From the NCBI GenBank assembly GCA_964648855.1, contig CAZYLT010000038.1, forward strand, positions 1-10,504: DNA of 10,504 nucleotides, in the 5' to 3' direction. Both the position numbers and the translations under genes were made by a program. Each line of letters opens with the position of its first letter. Positions within the stretch are counted from its first letter, which is position 1. This document shows positions 1 through 6,078 of the stretch, piece after piece. This DNA comes from an uncultured archaeon. GTDB taxonomy: Archaea > Asgardarchaeota > Thorarchaeia > Thorarchaeales > Thorarchaeaceae. Below the pieces are notes generated by a model. That model saw nothing but the letters and a program-made list of their open reading frames with translations. It was not told where the DNA came from and did not search any database.

Positions 1-1184
1 GCTTGGACGATTAATTGGATATGTGCTCCACCTTCAGCGCCGACTGTGTAAGAGCGAACACCACGATATGCTGCCTCAAGTGGGCATTCCTTGGTGTACC
101 CGAATGCACCGTGCCACGTCTGAACAGTTTCAATCAGGTCGAGAGCGTCATGTGGTGCTCTATACTTGGCTGCTGCCGTCCACTGAGCGATATCTAGCTG
201 TGATACTGCTGGATTCTTCTCCTTGTAGAATTGGTCCATAAGCCAAGCCGCCTTGTAGGCAAGAAGTCTGTCTGCCTCCAGCGCCATCCACCTGTGTACA
301 CCTTCGAACTGTATGCCTTCAAAAGCAGCAAGAGGTCTGCCAAACTGCTTTCGTTGCTTCACATAGTCCACGCCAATGTCAAATGCGCCTCTTGCAGCGC
401 CTAGACACGTTGCCGCAATTAAACACCTAGCCATTGAGAAGCCGGACATGGCATAGTAAAATCCACGTCCGCGCTCACCGATGAGGTAGTGCTCTGGAAT
501 TTCCACGTTGTCGATTGCGAACCCACCGGTTGAGACTCCCATTCTACCCATGTCTTCAAACAGGGTGGTGGTGATTCCCTCGTGAAGACCGTCGCCCATA
601 TTGAGCGGGAGAATGAACGCATCGAAGGCCTTGTGGTCGCCTTTAGGGTCTGACTTGGCAAGGGTCCAGTAGACGCCACCGTATTTCTCGGTTTCTTTGA
701 TTCCACTGATGTAGACCTTCTCTCCATCGATAACATAACCACCGTCCTTCTCCTTGATGGTTGTCTTGGTTGAGTTGACAAGGTCTGAACCACCAGTTGG
801 CTCAGTGGTCGCGATTCCAAAGAACAGGTCGCCGCTGGTGACCCGCGGTAGGATCTCTGCCTTTGCCTCTTCAGTTCCGTACATATCGAAAACTGCTGCC
901 CATGATGCCTCTACCAGATACATGACTGGGAGTGCGATTGACAGGTCTGCTCGTGCTAGTTCCTCTGCGGCAATACACGCCATGGTCCAGGATATGTCTG
1001 CACCGCCGTATTCCTCAGAGACTGTTGGCGCCCACAACATCTGGTCTGCCATCTTCTTGATCAAGTCGCGAGGAATCTCGTGGTTCTTGTCGTAGTCCTG
1101 CCAGGCAGGTGCTACGTACTTCTGGGCAAAGTCACGGACCGCCTCCCGAAACATCTTCTCTTCGTCTGATTCTTCAAAATTCAT
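1..1184 (-). CDS. Acyl-CoA dehydrogenase (3' end runs off the left edge of the window)
   Basis: Absent from the ORF track because it has no stop in the window. Hand translation gives an open frame of at least 394 codons: MNFEESDEEKMFREAVRDFAQKYVAP...EEYGG...EELARAD...FGIATTEPTGGSD...IDGEKVYISG...MGRMGVSTGG...LIGERGRGF...R.QFGRPLAAFEGIQF...HGAFGYTKECPLEAAYRGVRSYTVGAEGG. These are hallmark ACAD motifs, with the catalytic Glu in GAEG. SD GAGGAG at 1200-1195 lies 10 nt from ATG 1184. In-frame ATGs also occur at 1193 and 1202. Confidence 0.95.
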   Translation of the reverse strand, partial: MNFEESDEEKMFREAVRDFAQKYVAPAWQDYDKNHEIPRDLIKKMADQMLWAPTVSEEYGGADISWTMACIAAEELARADLSIALPVMYLVEASWAAVFDMYGTEEAKAEILPRVTSGDLFFGIATTEPTGGSDLVNSTKTTIKEKDGGYVIDGEKVYISGIKETEKYGGVYWTLAKSDPKGDHKAFDAFILPLNMGDGLHEGITTTLFEDMGRMGVSTGGFAIDNVEIPEHYLIGERGRGFYYAMSGFSMARCLIAATCLGAARGAFDIGVDYVKQRKQFGRPLAAFEGIQFEGVHRWMALEADRLLAYKAAWLMDQFYKEKNPAVSQLDIAQWTAAAKYRAPHDALDLIETVQTWHGAFGYTKECPLEAAYRGVRSYTVGAEGGAHIQLIVQ

Positions 1185-1245
1185 GATGAACATTCTCCTC
1201 ATATGAAATGTAATGCTACTGCGAGGGGCAGGGGTGAGTGGGTTG

Positions 1246-1260
1246 CTTATAGGTACTTCG
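1246..1260 (-). promoter_or_regulatory. Putative archaeal BRE/TATA promoter of the acyl-CoA dehydrogenase
   Basis: The minus strand reads CGAAGTACC-TATAAG (BRE-like purine element, then TATA at 1251-1246), about 60 nt upstream of the start codon. Motif resemblance only. Confidence 0.45.
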
Positions 1261-1278
1261 AATGGTACCCGAAGTTTC

Positions 1279-1309
1279 ATTGAACCATAAATGTACATAT
1301 TGGTTCAAT
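1279..1309. repeat. Inverted repeat / candidate operator ATTGAACCA-N13-TGGTTCAAT
   Basis: Perfect 9-bp arms at 1279-1287 and 1301-1309 enclose the palindrome ATGTACAT (1291-1298). The outer pair GTACCC (1265-1270) / GGGTAC (1321-1326) shares nearly the same centre. Confidence 0.7.
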
Positions 1310-1327
1310 AAAGTATAATAGGGTACA
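1292..1327. promoter_or_regulatory. Array of TRP-box-like hexamers at 10-bp spacing
   Basis: TGTACA (1292), GGTTCA (1302), AGTATA (1312) and GGTACA (1322) are each separated by 4 bp. GGTACT (1252) is in the same phase, and GGTACC sits at 1264. Confidence 0.5.
1306..1320 (+). promoter_or_regulatory. Putative archaeal BRE/TATA promoter of the aro operon
   Basis: CAATAAAG-TATAATA is an A-rich BRE-like stretch followed by a TATA element (1314-1320). It would put the TSS near 1343-1346. Motif resemblance only. Confidence 0.45.
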
Positions 1328-1356
1328 TGCTGCAGCCCCGCCTAGTGAAACTCTCG

Positions 1357-1437
1357 ATGAATCTAGAAGGAATCCTCAGAATATACTTGACAGAGAACAT
1401 CTGTCAGTATAGTGGTTCCTATAGCTATCGTGCCTAA
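1357..1437 (+). CDS. Candidate Tyr-rich leader peptide (uORF, 26 aa: MNLEGILRIYLTENICQYSGSYSYRA)
   Basis: ATG 1357 to TAA 1435-1437, with an alternative in-frame ATG at 1327 (36 aa). It has four Tyr codons, three in the last nine sense codons, and a weak SD-like GTGA at 1345-1348. It is below the size cut-off of the ORF track, and translation is unproven. Confidence 0.3.
   Translation: MNLEGILRIYLTENICQYSGSYSYRA
1382..1411 (+). repeat. Hairpin / inverted repeat TATAC-T-TGACAGA-(GAACA)-TCTGTCA-GTATA
   Basis: 12-bp stem with one bulged T and a 5-nt loop. It can be extended by AGGAA (1368-1372)/TTCCT (1416-1420) and by CGATG/TATCG or CTCTCG (1351-1356)/CGAGAG (1441-1446). Confidence 0.65.
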
Positions 1438-1450
1438 AACCGAGAGATAA

Positions 1451-1487
1451 GACAGCACATTATCCTGTTGTCAAACCCATTCTTTCT
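1451..1487 (+). terminator. Possible leader terminator: hairpin GACAGCA-N8-TGTTGTC followed by pyrimidine tract TTCTTTCT
   Basis: 7-bp stem with one G-U pair at 1451-1472, 13 nt after the uORF stop. The T-rich tract is at 1480-1487. The stem is weak and the tract is not a pure oligo-T. Confidence 0.25.
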
Positions 1488-1631
1488 GGTGATTTCAATG
1501 ACCCTAACAGACGACTCCATAAAAATCCAAAATTCGAATTTCATCGACATAGTGGCAATGAGGTCAGAGCGTATCCGTGCAAATCCTGTCCAACCACTCT
1601 CCTTCCTCAATAATCATGCAGATGCATCTCT

Positions 1632-1637
1632 GGAGGT
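1632..1637 (+). promoter_or_regulatory. Shine-Dalgarno site GGAGGT of the first operon gene
   Basis: It lies 8 nt before ATG 1646 and supports 1646 rather than GTG 1577 as the start. Confidence 0.85.
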
Positions 1638-1645
1638 TTTCACAC

Positions 1646-3043
1646 ATGTCAACTGATGAGACACTTCCCTCCCTGAGAGAAGAGATTGCCAGTACAACGA
1701 GAGAAATCTTTCACCTTGTTGGCAAACGCATGTCGCTAGCAAAAGAGATTGCAGAACGAAAGGCCCATCTAGGCACTCCTATTATCAATAGAGAGGTTGA
1801 ACGTCTGCTTCAGGAACAGGTTGTTGAAACGTGCAAGGAAGTTTCACTCGAATCTGAGTTTGGTTTGAAACTGCTAAACAGCCTGATAACCGAGTCGATC
1901 AGGATACAAAATCGTTCACGAATTCTAGATTCCCTGCCAACTGTTACTGAAATATTCTCAAGAGCCAAGAGTCTAGAGAGGTCTGGAAGAGAGGTCTTTC
2001 ATCTTGAAGTAGGCCAGCCTGACTTTGGCCCTCCAGAGAGGGTTAGGACTATGCTGAATAAAGCGCTATCTGAGGGTCATGCTGGCTATACTGAACCCGT
2101 TGGAATTCCTCCTTTGAGAGAGAAGATTGCCCGTATTTTCTCAAAAGAGTACAAACGTCAAATTCTCCCTGATGATGTCATAGTAACGGTGGGAGGAAAA
2201 CTCGCCATCTACCTTGGAATTTCCTCTGTTGTTGGACCCGGTGATGAAGTAGTCATAATTGAACCATCCTACCCCGCCTACTCTCAGTTCGTCCAAGAGC
2301 TCGGTGCAAGGCCAGTATTCCTATCTACCACACTCGACAGCTCGTGGAGTCCCGCGATGAGTGAAGTTGAGGCCGCTATCAATCCTACAACTAAGGTCAT
2401 CATCATGAATACCCCCTCGAATCCTACTGGGAAGATGTTGGAGGAAAATACGTTCAAAGGCATTACTGAACTTGCCAGTGAGAATGATATTTGCATTATT
2501 AGCGATGAAGTATACTCCAAATTCACCCAAACCAATCATTCAAGCATTCTTGAGTTTCCAGAGAGCAATCACATCTGTGTCCAATCCTTCTCCAAATCCC
2601 ATGGTATGACTGGCTTCAGATTAGGATTTGCAGTTTCCAGCTCTGAAACAATCAAGAAGATGGCCAAACTGCAGAGCCTCTTGCTGACTTGCGCTCCTGA
2701 GTTTATCCAGTACGCAGGTATAGCTGCCTTAGATTGCGATGAAGATGTAGAAAAAAACGCCAAAACTATTCAATCTCGCAGACAATTGATGATTAAGCTT
2801 CTGGAAGATTTACCCCTTTCCTTCTATCCTCCGGACGGCGGATTCTATGTCTTTCCCAAACTTAATGATGAGAACATGAACGGCAGAGATTTTGCGGAGC
2901 GTCTTCTTCAGGAAACGGGCGTATGCGTGGTTCCGGGTGCAATTTACGGTAGGCCCTATGATTCCTTCTTCAGGATAGCGCTTTGTCAGACTGAAGACAT
3001 TCTAGTTGAGGCAGCTAATAGGATGGGAGACATTCTGAAATGA
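1646..3043 (+). CDS. Chorismate mutase (AroQ-type) fused to class I/II PLP-dependent aminotransferase, 465 aa
   Basis: Residues 1-88 align without gaps to the E. coli PheA CM domain as recalled (R11, R28, K39, E52, S84 and Q88 retained). The C-terminal domain has LEVGQPDF, GYT...GIPPLRE, VTVGGK, NTPSNPTG, ISDEVY, SFSKSHGMTGFRLG (PLP Lys317) and a C-terminal FFRIA. The start was moved to 1646 on the basis of the SD and the alignment. Confidence 0.92.
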   Translation: MSTDETLPSLREEIASTTREIFHLVGKRMSLAKEIAERKAHLGTPIINREVERLLQEQVVETCKEVSLESEFGLKLLNSLITESIRIQNRSRILDSLPTVTEIFSRAKSLERSGREVFHLEVGQPDFGPPERVRTMLNKALSEGHAGYTEPVGIPPLREKIARIFSKEYKRQILPDDVIVTVGGKLAIYLGISSVVGPGDEVVIIEPSYPAYSQFVQELGARPVFLSTTLDSSWSPAMSEVEAAINPTTKVIIMNTPSNPTGKMLEENTFKGITELASENDICIISDEVYSKFTQTNHSSILEFPESNHICVQSFSKSHGMTGFRLGFAVSSSETIKKMAKLQSLLLTCAPEFIQYAGIAALDCDEDVEKNAKTIQSRRQLMIKLLEDLPLSFYPPDGGFYVFPKLNDENMNGRDFAERLLQETGVCVVPGAIYGRPYDSFFRIALCQTEDILVEAANRMGDILK

Positions 3044-3927
3044 AAATAGCAGTTCTCGGCGGAGCAGGGCAGATGGGCCAGTGGATGCTGCGGCATCTCG
3101 CTGTGCAGAACCACTCGCTCGTGACATCCAATCCTGTACAGCGAACTGATTCAGAAGAAACCTCCCCCCTCGAATACACTGTATCGCCCAACAATGAAAC
3201 AGCGGTAGGAGATGTAGACGTTGCAATCATTTCTGTACCGATAGAAGAAACTGCGAATGTGGTTAGAGAAATCACCCCTCATATGAGAAGAAATGCTGTT
3301 CTATGTGAAATAAGTTCAGTAAAGCTTGGCATTATTGACTCTCTTAGAGAGGCCGCCAGCTGTGGCCTCCAACCCCTGAGTATACATCCTATGTTTGGAC
3401 CTGGCACCAGATCACTACACAAGAAAATATTGATGGTCCCTGTAATCGACTTGGAAAATGAGTACAATCAGACAAAGCGTATTTTTCCAGAGGCCGAAAT
3501 TGTATCCGTCGCTGCTGAGCAACACGACCGGGCTATGGCGTTGACTCTGTCCATTCCATATCTCATCAACATGATTATTGGAGCAATGTTTAGTGGGGAG
3601 GACATAGAGTTACTGGAAAGGCTGGGTGGAACTACCTTCAGACTGCAAAAGGTACTCACTGGAGCAATTATGGCGCAGCCTGTCGGTTTACATTATTCAC
3701 TTCATACACAGAACCCTCTTGCCAAGTCTATTCTGTCAACACTTCCCTCAAGAATCAATGATTTGCTAACTCCAATATTAGATTCAAATGCAGAGGAATT
3801 TTCGACATCTTACGAACGCATAACATCTCTCATGGAAAACAGCATGGACTTGAACCAAGCATACGAGGATATGTATCAAATTCTAGAATTCTTGGACCAA
3901 AGGAATGCGCAGGAGGCAGAAGCTTGA
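3040..3927 (+). CDS. tyrA: Prephenate/arogenate dehydrogenase (TyrA family)
   Basis: Rossmann motif GGAGQMG, IISVP, EISSVK, catalytic SIHPMFGP and HD motif (EQHDRAMA). ATGA overlap with the upstream gene. Confidence 0.92.
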   Translation: MKIAVLGGAGQMGQWMLRHLAVQNHSLVTSNPVQRTDSEETSPLEYTVSPNNETAVGDVDVAIISVPIEETANVVREITPHMRRNAVLCEISSVKLGIIDSLREAASCGLQPLSIHPMFGPGTRSLHKKILMVPVIDLENEYNQTKRIFPEAEIVSVAAEQHDRAMALTLSIPYLINMIIGAMFSGEDIELLERLGGTTFRLQKVLTGAIMAQPVGLHYSLHTQNPLAKSILSTLPSRINDLLTPILDSNAEEFSTSYERITSLMENSMDLNQAYEDMYQILEFLDQRNAQEAEA

Positions 3928-4979
3928 TCGAACCCGCTTTCCACGTTCGAACAAACAACCGAACATATCCTGTTCATGTTGGAAGGAATCTCATAGCAGG
4001 ATTGAATCAAATAATCGAGATTCCAGCTGGAAAGATATTCATCATAACAGATGAGATAGTATCTAAAGCCTATCTAGAGCCAGTCTTGGAGAGTTTCACG
4101 GATACCGGGACTGAAATACTGCCAAAGGTACTACCATCAGGCGAGTCAACGAAAACTCTGGAATCAGCCCAGGAGATATACAGATTTCTTGGAGAAAACC
4201 TCGCCTCAAAATCCGACACGATCATTGCTCTTGGTGGTGGGGTGATAGGAGACCTATCCGGGTTTATAGCCTCAACCTTCAAACGGGGAATGAACCTTGC
4301 TCAGGTTCCTACAACTCTCTTGGCACAGGTCGACTCTGCCCTAGGAGGAAAGACTGGTGTAAACCTAGAGTGGGGCAAGAATCTAGTCGGCACCTTCTAT
4401 CAACCACATACAATCGTTGCAGATGTATTAACGTTGAGAACATTGACCCAGCGTCAACTGTTGGTGGGACTTGCAGAAGTTATCAAATATGGCGTGATAA
4501 TGGACTCCAATCTTCTGGAGTTACTCAAGGAGCAGAAGGATGAGATTCTCAATCGGAAACCTGCAGTTCTTGAGAAAATTGTGAAAAGATGTTTGATGCT
4601 CAAGGCGCGCGTTGTTGCGGATGACGAGCATGAACAAGGCTACCGCAAAATTCTGAACTTCGGGCATACTGTGGGTCATGCTATCGAAACAGCTTCTGAA
4701 CTTCGCATCTCACATGGTGAGGCTGTAGCTATTGGAATGGTGGAGGAAGCACGATACGCCCTAAAATTGGGCATGCTGCATGAAAGTTCTCTAGAATCAC
4801 TCGAGTTACTGCTTTCGGACTATGGATTACCAACGGAAATCCCCTCCTACCTAACAATGGACGAGATTGACAACGTGATGAAGCATGACAAAAAGATTCG
4901 GCATGGCAAGCTTACTTTGCCACTGCTTGTGGAACTGGGGAGAGTTCAGATGAAGACCGTGGATGGCATGCCAAACTAA
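3924..4979 (+). CDS. aroB: 3-dehydroquinate synthase
   Basis: GE..K, GGGVIGD, PTTLLAQVDSALGGKTGVN, KNLVGTFYQP, LNFGHTVGHAIE and HGEAVAIGM. TTG start overlaps the tyrA stop (TTGA), with SD AGGAGG at 3911-3916. Confidence 0.97.
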   Translation: MIEPAFHVRTNNRTYPVHVGRNLIAGLNQIIEIPAGKIFIITDEIVSKAYLEPVLESFTDTGTEILPKVLPSGESTKTLESAQEIYRFLGENLASKSDTIIALGGGVIGDLSGFIASTFKRGMNLAQVPTTLLAQVDSALGGKTGVNLEWGKNLVGTFYQPHTIVADVLTLRTLTQRQLLVGLAEVIKYGVIMDSNLLELLKEQKDEILNRKPAVLEKIVKRCLMLKARVVADDEHEQGYRKILNFGHTVGHAIETASELRISHGEAVAIGMVEEARYALKLGMLHESSLESLELLLSDYGLPTEIPSYLTMDEIDNVMKHDKKIRHGKLTLPLLVELGRVQMKTVDGMPN

Positions 4980-5002
4980 CAAAGAAACTGAGGAAAATAG
5001 AA

Positions 5003-6046
5003 TTGCTAATCGTGATGTACAAAAACGCAACGGACGAACAGATGAAGAACACCCTTGAACTCATTGAGGAATTGGGATACAAAGGGCACATGAATCCAGG
5101 GATAAACCGTACAGTGATCAACGTCACCGGCAACGTCGATATGACAGACGCATCTCGACTGGAAACACTTCCGGGTGTGATGGAGGTCATTCTGGTCACC
5201 AAGCCGTATAAACTTGCAGACATCGAGACCAAACCCGAGGGCACAATTGTTGTGGTGGGGGATATCGAGATTGGTGGAAAGCGACCGGTGATTATCGCGG
5301 GACCATGTAGTGTGGAAACCAATGAACAAATAATCTCCGCGGCGGAATCTGTCAGAGATAGTGGTGCAGATATACTACGTGGAGGTGCATTCAAACCACG
5401 AACCTCTCCATACTCATTCCAAGGATTGGGTATTGAAGGCCTCAGAATGCTTGAGATGGCAAGACACCATACCGGCTTACCCATCATCTCTGAAGCTCTT
5501 GATATTGAAACCTTCCCTGCTGTAGAAGCGATTGTGGACATCATTCAAATTGGTGCACGGAACATGCAAAACTACTCCCTTCTCAAGAGAGCTGGGAAAT
5601 CACGAAAACCAATCCTACTGAAGCGAGGTATGTGGGCCACACTCACTGAGCTCTTGGCAGCGGCTGAATATATCATGTCAGAGGGGAATCAGAATGTCAT
5701 TCTCTGTGAGCGAGGAATAAGAACACACAGTAATCATACTCGCTTCACGCTTGATCTGAGTAGCATTCCAGTGCTTCGGACAATGACGCATCTTCCTCTC
5801 ATCGTAGATCCCAGTCATGCTGCAGGAAAAAGAAACCTAGTGATACCTCTTGCCAGGGCTGCTCTTGCTGTTGGAGCAGACGGTATTATGGTGGAAGTTC
5901 ACCCAGACCCAAATACAGCCCTCGTAGATGGTGCTCAATCCCTTACCCTCGATATGTTTGGCAACTTCATGAACGAAATACTAGGTGATCAACTTCCATG
6001 GAAAAGTTTCAGCACCCATCCAATGAAACAAGTTGAACGAGCGTGA
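5003..6046 (+). CDS. aroF: DAHP synthase, type I-beta, with N-terminal ACT-like regulatory domain
   Basis: IAGPCSVE, RGGAFKPRTSPYSFQGLG, QIGARNMQN, LLKRG, CERGIR, VDPSH and EVHPDP...DGAQSL. The first ~65 aa resemble the Thermotoga maritima regulatory domain. TTG start with SD GAGGA near 4990. Confidence 0.97.
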   Translation: MLIVMYKNATDEQMKNTLELIEELGYKGHMNPGINRTVINVTGNVDMTDASRLETLPGVMEVILVTKPYKLADIETKPEGTIVVVGDIEIGGKRPVIIAGPCSVETNEQIISAAESVRDSGADILRGGAFKPRTSPYSFQGLGIEGLRMLEMARHHTGLPIISEALDIETFPAVEAIVDIIQIGARNMQNYSLLKRAGKSRKPILLKRGMWATLTELLAAAEYIMSEGNQNVILCERGIRTHSNHTRFTLDLSSIPVLRTMTHLPLIVDPSHAAGKRNLVIPLARAALAVGADGIMVEVHPDPNTALVDGAQSLTLDMFGNFMNEILGDQLPWKSFSTHPMKQVERA

Positions 6047-6078
6047 ATAAAGGGCAATGAATTCAGGGGCTTAAGTCA

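Noticed and set aside
361-480. Suspected frameshift in the ACAD, because it is missing from the ORF track
   Set aside because: Hand translation shows a continuous frame. The gene is missing only because its stop lies outside the window.
15-1095. Track ORFs 15-197, 23-241, 419-820 and 754-1095
   Set aside because: They are antisense or off-frame shadows of the ACAD gene with no recognisable motifs.
1225-1253. G-rich stretch as a possible G-quadruplex
   Set aside because: It has only three runs of three or more G.
1387-1413. Bacterial sigma70-like TTGACA-N15-TATAGT
   Set aside because: The 15-bp spacer is too short, and both boxes are explained as arms of the 1382-1411 inverted repeat.
1261-1446. 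T-box riboswitch (AATGGTACCC resembles the T-box sequence, and a long stem lies nearby)
   Set aside because: The elements are in the wrong order (the motif precedes the stem and the putative promoter). No specifier loop, distal-loop motif or antiterminator is recognisable.
1434-1550. Minus-strand 38-aa ORF MSMKFEFWIFMESS..., rich in aromatic residues
   Set aside because: It is antisense to the operon leader, so it cannot act as its leader peptide. It has no clear SD and is probably chance.
1577-1645. GTG 1577 start (488 aa) given in the ORF track for the first operon gene
   Set aside because: The strong SD at 1632-1637 and the gap-free alignment to AroQ from Met 1646 favour the later start.
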